Assembly: GCA_963828735.1 (NCBI GenBank)
Contig: CAWHFW010000002.1
Location: forward strand, 512,001-576,000
Length of the DNA: 64,000 bases
Direction of reading: 5' to 3'
Source: an uncultured Gemmatimonadales bacterium
GTDB lineage: Bacteria; Gemmatimonadota; Gemmatimonadetes; Gemmatimonadales; GWC2-71-9
The first letter of the stretch is position 1; each line of letters starts with the position of its first letter. Below are positions 41,501 to 49,858 of the stretch, one piece after another. The notes beneath the pieces are model-generated. The model was not told the origin of the DNA and did no database searches. It was given only the letters and a program-made list of their open reading frames with translations. A program made the translations under genes and the position numbers.

Positions 41501-42172
41501 CTAGAAGGCGAAGATGATGCCGCCGCTGGCCGTGCCCTGCGTGACCCACGCGGTCCCCTCCACGACGAAGCATCCGTAGAAGTCGCACCAAGTGCCGTAG
41601 TCACCCGAGGGAACCGGAGTAATCCACAGCCGCAAGTCACCGCGCAAGCCGATCCGTCCCGAGTTGAACATGTATTTGGCTCCGGTACCGACCGACCACG
41701 AGAACCGGGTCTCGCTCCCGATCCCTTCCGTTTTGGGGTCGAAGATCCCGATGCCCAGCGAGCCGTTGATGAACGGCCTGAACTGTCGGTCGTAGTTGAA
41801 CTCGTACAGGCCGCCGATCTGGAGGTAATTCACTGCGAAGCCGCCCAGGGTGCTCTTGGCGGCGGTGGTTGCAGGTTTGAATTCGATGTTCGCGTCCTGC
41901 CGGAGGTAGGTGAGCTCCACCGAGCTACCATGCCCCGCCAGAAAGCTCAAGATCGCGCCATAGCCGAACGCGTCCGAGATCTCCAGCTGTCCGGCCCCGA
42001 GCAGGGTGCCGGGGTCCGTGTCGAACGAGCCGCCCCATTGATAGCCGCCGAAGGGGGTGATTTCGAACCGGTTCTCGTGCACGACCTGGAGCTGGGCCTC
42101 GACGGACGGAGCATAGACCGCGCAGGCCAGCCCCACCGCGACAAGCGGGCGCGTAATCGAGATACGTAACAC
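41501..42172 (-). CDS. Small outer-membrane beta-barrel protein
   Basis: GGAGG then GTG start; signal peptide; FEITPFGGY; terminal IFAF. Confidence 0.8.
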   Translation of the reverse strand: MLRISITRPLVAVGLACAVYAPSVEAQLQVVHENRFEITPFGGYQWGGSFDTDPGTLLGAGQLEISDAFGYGAILSFLAGHGSSVELTYLRQDANIEFKPATTAAKSTLGGFAVNYLQIGGLYEFNYDRQFRPFINGSLGIGIFDPKTEGIGSETRFSWSVGTGAKYMFNSGRIGLRGDLRLWITPVPSGDYGTWCDFYGCFVVEGTAWVTQGTASGGIIFAF

Positions 42173-42260
42173 AGGTTCCTCCACCGTTGAGTGTGGGTGG
42201 CCCCGCGGCCTGGTCAGCCGCGCGCGCCTCACCATCGTTCGCCGCGACCCGGACGGCCAT

Positions 42261-42274
42261 TGGACCTTGGTGCA
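42261..42274 (-). promoter_or_regulatory. Regulon box 7
   Basis: Minus TGCACCAAGGTCCA, 24 nt, GATGGT. Confidence 0.8.
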
Positions 42275-42286
42275 GGACGGCCGCTG

Positions 42287-42697
42287 CTACGGTGCGGGAG
42301 TTAACGTGATGTCCGCCCGGCCGCGGGCCGCGGCGAGAATCAGCTCGAGGGTCCAGGGGCCGGGCGTGCCTGCGGCGGTCTCGGTCTCCAGATTGAGCTC
42401 GAGGAGAGTGGAGTCCACCAGCACGCCGGCCGCGTCGTGGATGATGAGGATGCCGTAGCCGTGGTGGATGAAGCTATTGTGCGAGAGCGCCGCCTTGGGC
42501 GCTGGATTCGTCCAGACCCAGGTGAGCTGGTCATTGACGTTGCGCAGGTCCTGGGCGGTGAACTCGAACTTTTCCGGCGTGTTGACGACCTGGGGATCGT
42601 TATCCGGGCTCAGGGTCCGCACCACCGAGTCCAGGCAAGCCGAGCTCATCACCACGGCTCCGATCAGTGCCCACATCCAGCGTCGATGGGAGCTCAT
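42287..42697 (-). CDS. Hypothetical lipoprotein
   Basis: VMSSAC lipobox; ATGA overlap with the upstream gene; GGAG RBS. Confidence 0.7.
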   Translation of the reverse strand: MSSHRRWMWALIGAVVMSSACLDSVVRTLSPDNDPQVVNTPEKFEFTAQDLRNVNDQLTWVWTNPAPKAALSHNSFIHHGYGILIIHDAAGVLVDSTLLELNLETETAAGTPGPWTLELILAAARGRADITLTPAP

Positions 42698-44088
42698 TCC
42701 TGCTCCTGCCTCGGAATCGCGAGGGAGAAAAAGACCCGGGCCTCCGACATGTTCTGGTCCACGTCCGGGTTGAAGGTGTACCGGCTGAAACGCCACAACC
42801 GGTTGTAGGTGACGCCGAAGCCGTACTTGCCGCGGATGTACCCCCGGAGCTCGGTACCGACATTCCAGAGGTAGTGATTGCCGGCGAATCCGCTCACGAC
42901 GGGAAGCCACACGAACCCACCGTTTACACGCAAACTGCCCTTTCCGATCCAGGTAGCCGTCCCGCGTAGCGCGCCGCCGAACGCCAGGCCGTAGTCATAG
43001 TCCCGGCCCTCGGCGGTGACGAAATAGTCCGATCGAATCGCGGCGATGGGGTTGGCCCGCGCCATCGCCTCGCCAAACAGACGCCAGCTGTCCGACGGCT
43101 TCTTGAGTGTGATCAGCCCGCCCTGAAAGCCCTGCGCGCCGAAATCCACGGCGGGATTGCTGAGGTACTCGTAGGTCATCAAGAGGCCGAGCCGGGTCCC
43201 GGACTCGTCCGAGCCGAGCGGCCGAGCGGCGAGGTTGCCGCGCACCATCAGCTCCTGCAGCGCCTTGTGGTTGGCCGACCGGCTCGCGACCGTGCCGTAG
43301 ACCTGGAAAACGGAAAACGGCTTGTTGCTCAGATCCGCGATCGGATCCCCGTAGTTCACCCCGAAACGGACGAACGCCTGGTCGCGGGCGTTGGGATCGT
43401 CGAGCGCCGACGATGTCGAGAATCGCCGGTAGCCGACGTCCATGGTCGACTGAATCCAGCTCGGCCGCCATTCCGACGGGGTCTCGGAGATCTGACTCAC
43501 CTCGCCCCGGACGAGACGGTTGAAACCCCGGACCGGATTGATCAGGCCGGCCCCCACTTCGCGGACCACGCGGTTGCCGCCGGTGGCCCTGTTGTCCAGC
43601 ACCAGGGACGAGAACCGGAACAGCATCTCGCCCAGCGTGATGCCGCCGAGCGTGGTGTTGGCCAGGTCGTTGGGCGCGGGCGCCCACACTTCCCCGAACA
43701 GCTCCCACATCAGGCTCCCGCCGAACGCCCATGGCGCCGAGTGCCAGAAGTCGTAGCCGTTGGCGCGCCCCGCGTTGTAGTACAGGCTCCCGTGGTAGGG
43801 GTGCGCGAACTGATTGTTGTTGAACTTGTTGTTGTCCCACTGCCAGCTGAACTTCAGGTTGTCGGACCAGGTGCGGAAACTGATGTTCGACCACTCGCCA
43901 TGCGTGACCCACTTGGTAAAGCCCCAGGGGACGAATTGAACCACCATCAGCTCCGCCGCGCCGGCCCAGAACCTGGTGGGGGGATTGCAGTCCGGGCACG
44001 GCAGCGGCTCGTCCTGGGCGCGCGCCGGCTCAGGGGGGAACGCGACCACGACGACGGCGAGGATGACGGCGGCCGCCCGGGCCTTCAC
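42694..44088 (-). CDS. DUF3943-domain outer-membrane protein
   Basis: WQWDNNKFNNNQFAHPYHGSLYYNAGRANG...GSLMWE..GE...PAPND motif; signal peptide from GTG 44088. Confidence 0.85.
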   Translation of the reverse strand: MKARAAAVILAVVVVAFPPEPARAQDEPLPCPDCNPPTRFWAGAAELMVVQFVPWGFTKWVTHGEWSNISFRTWSDNLKFSWQWDNNKFNNNQFAHPYHGSLYYNAGRANGYDFWHSAPWAFGGSLMWELFGEVWAPAPNDLANTTLGGITLGEMLFRFSSLVLDNRATGGNRVVREVGAGLINPVRGFNRLVRGEVSQISETPSEWRPSWIQSTMDVGYRRFSTSSALDDPNARDQAFVRFGVNYGDPIADLSNKPFSVFQVYGTVASRSANHKALQELMVRGNLAARPLGSDESGTRLGLLMTYEYLSNPAVDFGAQGFQGGLITLKKPSDSWRLFGEAMARANPIAAIRSDYFVTAEGRDYDYGLAFGGALRGTATWIGKGSLRVNGGFVWLPVVSGFAGNHYLWNVGTELRGYIRGKYGFGVTYNRLWRFSRYTFNPDVDQNMSEARVFFSLAIPRQEQE

Positions 44089-44363
44089 CGAAGCTCCCGA
44101 CAGCCGACTTGAGCAGCCCGGCCCCCGTCGAGATGGAACAGGAGAAGACTCGGGTGGAGCGACTGCCTGCATCCGACCAGCGCACGTTCCGCCGCACGTC
44201 CCCACAAGGACACGGACGGACTCATGGTCTGCGTCAGGATCCGAACCGTCTGCCAGTGCGCGAACGGAACGGCGATGAGCGCTCCCGCCAGGAGCAGGCG
44301 CAGTCCCATCAGCGCCGCCCCAAGCCCGCGGTTCAGCAACGACTCCAATCGGCCAGAGTGCAT
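44085..44363 (-). CDS. Small hypothetical protein with one hydrophobic segment
   Basis: Stop overlaps the DUF3943 start (GTGA); begins right after the box-8 -10 element. Confidence 0.45.
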   Translation of the reverse strand: MHSGRLESLLNRGLGAALMGLRLLLAGALIAVPFAHWQTVRILTQTMSPSVSLWGRAAERALVGCRQSLHPSLLLFHLDGGRAAQVGCRELR

Positions 44364-44399
44364 GGGCTACCTTAGCGGGTCGGCTCGCACGGCCGACAT

Positions 44400-44413
44400 T
44401 GGACTTTGGTAGA
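44400..44413 (-). promoter_or_regulatory. Regulon box 8
   Basis: Minus TCTACCAAAGTCCA, 25 nt, TAAGGT. Confidence 0.78.
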
Positions 44414-44419
44414 GGGGGG

Positions 44420-45355
44420 TCAGGGCCCGGCCATTGCCATCGTTTCTGCGAAGACGCTCGCCCAGTCGTTCTTGATGCTGACCACGGTCCACCCGTGGGA
44501 CCTGGCCCGCTCGAGGGCCTGCTCGGCCCCGGCGACATAGGCGAACTCGCGCGCCTCGTCGTCGTGGAGCACGAGGAGGCGGAGCGCCGGGCGGGAGGAG
44601 CCGCCGGCGTAGTCGAGCATCGGCATGTCGCCGTTCGAGTTGCCGACGGCGATCAGGGGCCGACGGCCAATCCGGCTCCAGATGCGGACCGGCTTGGCCG
44701 GACCGTCGTCGAACACATCCGGATGGGCCCGGTAGACGACGTCCCCGCCCTGGTCGTTCTCCCGGTATCGCAGCGCGCTGGAGGTGCCGATCACGCGCTC
44801 GGGCGGAACGCCGTAGATGTCCTCGGTGACCGTGCGCATGAAGTCGCGGTCGCCGCCGGAGGCGATGTAGCAGGTGAACCCGTTCGCCTCGAGGTAACGG
44901 AGCAGCTCGACCATCGGCTGATAGCCGCAGTCGTGGAGCGGGCGGCCGAGGGTCGGGTGCTGCGCGTCGTGAAGGAAGGCGGTGGCCGCCGCCTCGTACT
45001 CCTCGACCGGCACGCCTCGAAACGCCTGGAGGATCCCGGTCATCAACACTTTCACGTCGCTGTCGTCGCCCTGGTAGTGCTTGGTGATGACCTCGCCCAG
45101 CCACTCGTAGTTCCTGTGGTAGGCGGCCCTCCACGGGTCCCGCTCGCGAAGCGAGGCGTCCTGCTCGGCCATCGCCGCCAGGCGATGGAGAATGAAGACC
45201 AGCTCCACCGGCATCGGCTTCTCGCACCAGAGCGTGCCATCGTTGTCGAATACAGCGACGCGCTCGGCTGGCGGGACGCTCACCGACGTGACGAAGCGCA
45301 GGATCGCATCGCGCGTCGGGGTGTCGTTCCAGGACGCCAGTGGCTTGTCCGTCAT
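44420..45355 (-). CDS. HAD-family hydrolase (acid-phosphatase-like)
   Basis: VFDNDGTLWCEKP, IASGGDRDF and GNSNGD motifs. Confidence 0.92.
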   Translation of the reverse strand: MTDKPLASWNDTPTRDAILRFVTSVSVPPAERVAVFDNDGTLWCEKPMPVELVFILHRLAAMAEQDASLRERDPWRAAYHRNYEWLGEVITKHYQGDDSDVKVLMTGILQAFRGVPVEEYEAAATAFLHDAQHPTLGRPLHDCGYQPMVELLRYLEANGFTCYIASGGDRDFMRTVTEDIYGVPPERVIGTSSALRYRENDQGGDVVYRAHPDVFDDGPAKPVRIWSRIGRRPLIAVGNSNGDMPMLDYAGGSSRPALRLLVLHDDEAREFAYVAGAEQALERARSHGWTVVSIKNDWASVFAETMAMAGP

Positions 45356-45541
45356 TTCCAGATCCTCACTTCGACACGTCTGACTTCGGCGGGAACCCTT
45401 CGAACGGCTTTCCGGCCGCCGTGTGGGTCACGTTGGCCCTGTCTCCCGCTCGCGCCGGGGCACCCGTCGGTTCCCTGGCTTCAGTGCTGGAAGGGATAGG
45501 TGAGGCGGCCAACATGCGGGGGGGCAATGGGGAGGGGCAAT

Positions 45542-45555
45542 TATACCAAAGGTCA
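45542..45555 (-). promoter_or_regulatory. Regulon box 9 (HAD gene)
   Basis: Minus TGACCTTTGGTATA, 25 nt, CATGTT. Confidence 0.7.
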
Positions 45556-45703
45556 GGTGCTCAAACGCGGCATAGGCATATTGCCACGCCGCGCCGGCCT
45601 GGACTGCGGCTACTGACGGGTCCTGGAAAAAAGTGGCCCCATGCGAAGGGCTCTCGCTCGGGTTGGCCGGGCCGGCGGGTGTCTCAGATCGAAGCGGGCT
45701 TGC

Positions 45704-46777
45704 CTATCGAGCGGCTTCGGACCCCATCTCGCTCTTCTCGAGAGGCTGGCCGGAGGCGGACGAGTCCTGAGCCGCCGGTTGCTCCGGTCTATGGTGGTGA
45801 TGCATGTGGCCGCCGGTGACCACCTGGACATCGTACCGGTACTCCGAGTCGGCGCGCTCCGCGCGCGGCCATGATGCTCCGGACGCGGGGATCACGATCC
45901 CTCCGAGAGCGCCCATGCCACCGCCCTCGAGCACCTTCCCCGTTGGATTGTCGTACTCAGCCGTGAGACGGTAGAGGTGGTCGGGCACCAGTGGGACGCC
46001 GAACGGCAGGAAGTACCGACGCGGCATGCTCACGACCTCACCTTTGGCGTCGACGTTGGGGCGTACCTCCCAGAGCACCGTTCTGGTAGAGACGTCCTCC
46101 AGGCGCAGTCCCGTGCCGTACTGGTGCAGGTGGGTGCCCGCGGCCAGCAGCCGCGCCGCCACCGCCGGCCGCCCTTCCCAGGACTTGGTCGAGCGGCCGG
46201 GCGGCAAGTCGTAGGCGTGGATGCCGGCAGGCGGCATCACGTCCAGGTACACCGGCTGGATCGCGAGCGACCGGAGCCAGGCCGGGCCCATCGTGAGATG
46301 CACCCGCACGCGGACGCCCTGGTAGCCCTTTGGCGTCGGATTGTGCATCATCGCCACCACCAGCAGACTGTCGCCCCGATGCACGCGGTACCCCATGAAC
46401 CAGGGAAGCGAATAGGGCTGGGTCTCGGGCCCGGCCGCGCCGAGCCGGAGCATGATGTGGCTGAAGAGCTCGCGGTGCTCCGGGGTCATGAGATTCAGGT
46501 GATGAAGCATTCCGCGCGGGACGGGCTCGCCGCGCCCATCAACGAGATCGAACGAGAGGCCTCGCAGCCAACCGTCGACCGGCAGCGCGACCGCGAGCGG
46601 GGCGGGCTGTTTGAGCGATTCGTGCGTGCTGTTCGCAGGGAGGGCGAACGGGCCGAGCTCGACCGTGTACTGATTGCCGCGAGCAACCGTCGCGCCGACG
46701 AGGACACCCACGATGCAGACCACCAGCACCGGCAATAGCCAGCGTCGGCGCGGGGATGCAGGACGGTCAGGAGACAT
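45704..46777 (-). CDS. Exported protein with a copper type-II monooxygenase (PHM)-like ligand pattern
   Basis: N-terminal hydrophobic segment; HH...H...HxH...M order; GAGGG RBS. Confidence 0.6.
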   Translation of the reverse strand: MSPDRPASPRRRWLLPVLVVCIVGVLVGATVARGNQYTVELGPFALPANSTHESLKQPAPLAVALPVDGWLRGLSFDLVDGRGEPVPRGMLHHLNLMTPEHRELFSHIMLRLGAAGPETQPYSLPWFMGYRVHRGDSLLVVAMMHNPTPKGYQGVRVRVHLTMGPAWLRSLAIQPVYLDVMPPAGIHAYDLPPGRSTKSWEGRPAVAARLLAAGTHLHQYGTGLRLEDVSTRTVLWEVRPNVDAKGEVVSMPRRYFLPFGVPLVPDHLYRLTAEYDNPTGKVLEGGGMGALGGIVIPASGASWPRAERADSEYRYDVQVVTGGHMHHHHRPEQPAAQDSSASGQPLEKSEMGSEAAR

Positions 46778-46947
46778 CAATCGTTCCCTCGGAAACAGGA
46801 TGGACAGGCGTGGCGGCGGAGCCGTGTCATGCGTCGGGACGACCGCCTTGGCCGGGGGCCGGTGTCGCCACGTAGGAACTCCCGCGGAGTGCTTGTGTCC
46901 TCGGATTGGCGGGCGAAATATGGTGGGGAGGCGGGCAAAGTGGCTAC

Positions 46948-46961
46948 TACACGAAAGCCAG
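46948..46961 (-). promoter_or_regulatory. Degenerate regulon box 10 (PHM-like gene)
   Basis: Minus CTGGCTTTCGTGTA, 25 nt, CATATT; sequence match is weak but the spacing fits. Confidence 0.45.
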
Positions 46962-47071
46962 CCCTGCCAGGCAGGGGGCTCGAGATCATGAAACTAGTAG
47001 CCGCGCCGGGCGACGTGCCCGGCGCGGCTCAGGATGTGGAGTCCTGTCACCCGTGCTCTTCCCCGACCGTA

Positions 47072-47340
47072 CTACTTCACGCCCCCGCCATAAGCCTTGG
47101 CCATCTGCTTCCCGCTCTGGCGCGCTTTCTCCAGCGCATAGTCGATGCTGAAGCTGGCCGGCTTCTGCCGGGGCGGAAACTCCTGGAAGGTCGTGAGGAA
47201 CTCCCCGACGATGGCCTGGGCCGGCACCAGCAGGAAGGCCCGATCCGTCATCCACTTGTCGTAGAACACGCTCCCGTCCTCGTCGCCCCGTTCGAAGGGA
47301 TCGCTGCGCAGGTTGTATATCTTCGGAGCGCGGAGGGGCC
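47072..47340 (-). pseudogene. C-terminal remnant of an arylsulfatase (S1 family)
   Basis: PLRAPKIYNLRSDPFERGD...FLTTFQEFPPRQKPASFSI is typical of arylsulfatase C-termini; no N-terminal CxxxR domain is present. Confidence 0.8.
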
Positions 47341-47396
47341 TTCGACCTCGCGCGCCCGCCCTCGATATCGACTTCAGGTCACCGAAGGCACTGCCT

Positions 47397-48161
47397 TCAG
47401 TCATCCAGGCCCTTGGCGTCGACGTACCCCTTGTAAAGATCGAGTCGCTTGCTCGCGACGAAATCCCGTTTCCCAGCCAGGTCCTTGTCGGCGCCCGCCG
47501 CCTTCTTCTGTGCCACCAGGGTCTGCCGCTCGAGCTCGCGAATCACCGGGGACGTCCGCTCCGCGGCCGCGGGATCGGTCTGGCGGAGGCTCGCCCGCTC
47601 CGACCGCTTCTGCACCAGCATGCGTTCCAGCACGAGCGCCTGCTGCCGTGCGATCGCGGCCTCGCGCGCCTTCCCGGCCGCTGCGATCTCGGCGGCGTTC
47701 ACGTCCTTGAGCTGGACGGCCAACTCCTTCCGCCGCTCGAGCACCTTCTGCTGCGATTCCAGGGCCTTCTTGTCCGCCTTCCGCTTCTCCTTGTCGGCTT
47801 CCTTCTTCTTGACCTCGAGCTCGGCGATCTGCCGCTGCCGCGCCTGGATGAGCTCCTGGGTGCGAGCCTGGCGCGCCGTGGCATTGGTAAGCTCGCTGTC
47901 GGCACTGGCCAACTGCTGGTCGGAGGCCCGTACCGCCTGATCCACTTCGGCCTGGGACCGGCCGGGCAGCGCGATCGCGCCGCCGCGGACCCAGGGATCG
48001 GTCGAAGCCAGCGATCCTACGCTGGCGCCCGTATTCGGCGCGTAGCCCTGGGCGGTTTTCGCGGCGGTATCGGCGCCCGTTTCCTGCGCGGCCAGCGGCA
48101 TCCCGCCGAGCAGCACCGCGGCGGCCAACAGCATCGCGGACCTGGCAACGTTTCGTCTCAT
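47397..48161 (-). CDS. Exported coiled-coil protein
   Basis: GGAGG RBS; signal peptide ending LAAQ; long Ala/Glu/Lys/Arg helical region. Confidence 0.75.
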   Translation of the reverse strand: MRRNVARSAMLLAAAVLLGGMPLAAQETGADTAAKTAQGYAPNTGASVGSLASTDPWVRGGAIALPGRSQAEVDQAVRASDQQLASADSELTNATARQARTQELIQARQRQIAELEVKKKEADKEKRKADKKALESQQKVLERRKELAVQLKDVNAAEIAAAGKAREAAIARQQALVLERMLVQKRSERASLRQTDPAAAERTSPVIRELERQTLVAQKKAAGADKDLAGKRDFVASKRLDLYKGYVDAKGLDD

Positions 48162-48486
48162 ATCGGCCTCCTAGAGCGGCCGGTTCGCGGGCCGGCGTCG
48201 GTGGGGTTCGGCTTCGTTCGAACGGCCACGCGCGGGCCGCTTCTCCTGGTTCCAGCATTCCCTCAGTCTAACTCGGACCTCTGCGCGGGCCGCCGGGGAC
48301 AGCGCGCGGAGAAATGTCGGCTCTTGTCGTCCGCCGGCACCGTGAGCACCAGTGGCTCGGCACGTTGGGCCGTTAGGGAGCCCTCCGCGGCGGAGTGCTC
48401 ACGGATGGGCGGCCTGACCCCGGCGGCGGCGATGCTCGGCGGTCCCTTTGCGGATCAGTATTTGACGTCACGGGTGAGCTTGGAAG

Positions 48487-48500
48487 TGGACCTTGGTAGG
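48487..48500 (-). promoter_or_regulatory. Regulon box 11 (coiled-coil gene and sulfatase remnant)
   Basis: Minus CCTACCAAGGTCCA, 24 nt, AATACT. Confidence 0.72.
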
Positions 48501-48587
48501 GGGCCCGGCGAAATCCCGTCTACCGGACCTGGCGAACGGTGGATCGAGTCCCTGGCAGCCCTCCCGGACCAGGGACCCACTGGACCC

Positions 48588-48601
48588 TAGCCCTTGGTCG
48601 A
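48588..48601 (+). promoter_or_regulatory. Regulon box 12 (small OMP)
   Basis: TAGCCCTTGGTCGA, 23 nt, CATCTT. Confidence 0.55.
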
Positions 48602-48657
48602 GTGTCGCGCCGGGCGGGACCGTGCATCTTGGAGCACCCGCTTCCTTCGAGGGCTCC

Positions 48658-49233
48658 ATGCTCCGCATCGGCCGCGTTCTGCTCGTCGTCGCCTTCGCCC
48701 TGACCACCCCTGCCGTCGCCCAGGGTCCGGGCTCCAAGTTCGGCGCCATCATCGGCGGCGCGAGCCTGAGCGACCTGGCCGGAGGTTTCGGCGGGACCAC
48801 CTCCGACCGCTGGGGCGGGACGGCCGGGATCCTGTTGGGAGTCAACGCCGGCAGGACCGCGCTGACGCTCGAGGGGAACTGGGTCCAGAAAGGCGGGGGA
48901 GATACCCGTCTCGACTACATCGAGATTCCGCTGACGATCGGCGCGATCGCGGTGACGGGAGGAGGGGCCGGGCGCGCGCGGCTCTACAGCGGGGTCAGCG
49001 TGGGGTTCAAGGTGAGTTGCAGCTCGGACGACCTTGCCTGCGACGCCGCGAAAGGCACGGAGTGGGGCTGGCCAATCGGGCTCCAGCTCGCCAAGGTCTC
49101 GGAATCCGGCTCGTTCGTCGGCCTCGACGTCAAGTACACGGTCGCGCTGTCCGACGCATTCGAGTTCAATGGCGTCTACAACCGGCCGTGGGCCTTCAGG
49201 TTGATGTTCGGAAAGCCGCTCGGCACCCACTAG
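48658..49233 (+). CDS. Small outer-membrane beta-barrel (PorT/OMP-like)
   Basis: Signal peptide ending AVAQ; QKG...LDYIEIPL motif; GAGG RBS. Confidence 0.75.
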   Translation: MLRIGRVLLVVAFALTTPAVAQGPGSKFGAIIGGASLSDLAGGFGGTTSDRWGGTAGILLGVNAGRTALTLEGNWVQKGGGDTRLDYIEIPLTIGAIAVTGGGAGRARLYSGVSVGFKVSCSSDDLACDAAKGTEWGWPIGLQLAKVSESGSFVGLDVKYTVALSDAFEFNGVYNRPWAFRLMFGKPLGTH

Positions 49234-49567
49234 TCCGCCGGCCCGGGGCGAGGGCGTGCTACCGGCTCGCCTCCGGGCTCCGGCACTGGGGGGCCCGCGC
49301 TTCGGCATGGAGCACACTTCCCCCCTTCGCCATCGCGGATCCGACTGACTCGCCCACCGCGTCCTTCTCCCTCCGGCCCGTGCCTGAGGTAGGAAACGGC
49401 AATCACCGCCTGGGGCCAAGCGAACCTCGACGCCCGGGATTGCTCGCGCGCAGACATACCGGCCTCGCAGTCGGCAAACCAACTGCCCATCGCGGTCGTG
49501 ATGTTTTCGAGTGGAGACGTAGAACGGGTTCCCCCACAAGGTGGGACCCGGAATGGCCGGCGGCCAT

Positions 49568-49581
49568 TGGACTTTGGTTCA
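49568..49581 (-). promoter_or_regulatory. Regulon box 13 (no convincing downstream CDS)
   Basis: Minus TGAACCAAAGTCCA, 24 nt, CACCTT. Confidence 0.72.
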
Positions 49582-49666
49582 CCGCTGCGGGGGTGGATGG
49601 GGCTAGCAGCTCGGCCGAAGATCGTCGCTCGGCCGATGGTGCTCGGTCATCAGAGGTATTCGATCA

Positions 49667-49858
49667 TCAGTAGTAGGGTCGCCCGTACACCCCTACCCCG
49701 ACCACTGGCGTGCCACCCCATCCATAGGGATAGGGCCCGGCCCCGACCGAGACGCTCCACCCGACGCCGACCGTGGCGCTCGCGCAGGCCGAGGCCCAGA
49801 GGAGGGCGAGCAGCATGAGGAGCAGACCGGCGACGGCAACTGCCCGGGACGGCTTCAT
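49667..49858 (-). CDS. Small Gly/Tyr/Val-rich lipoprotein (63 aa)
   Basis: MKPSR + hydrophobic core + ASAC lipobox; ATGA overlap with the upstream gene. Confidence 0.65.
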   Translation of the reverse strand: MKPSRAVAVAGLLLMLLALLWASACASATVGVGWSVSVGAGPYPYGWGGTPVVGVGVYGRPYY

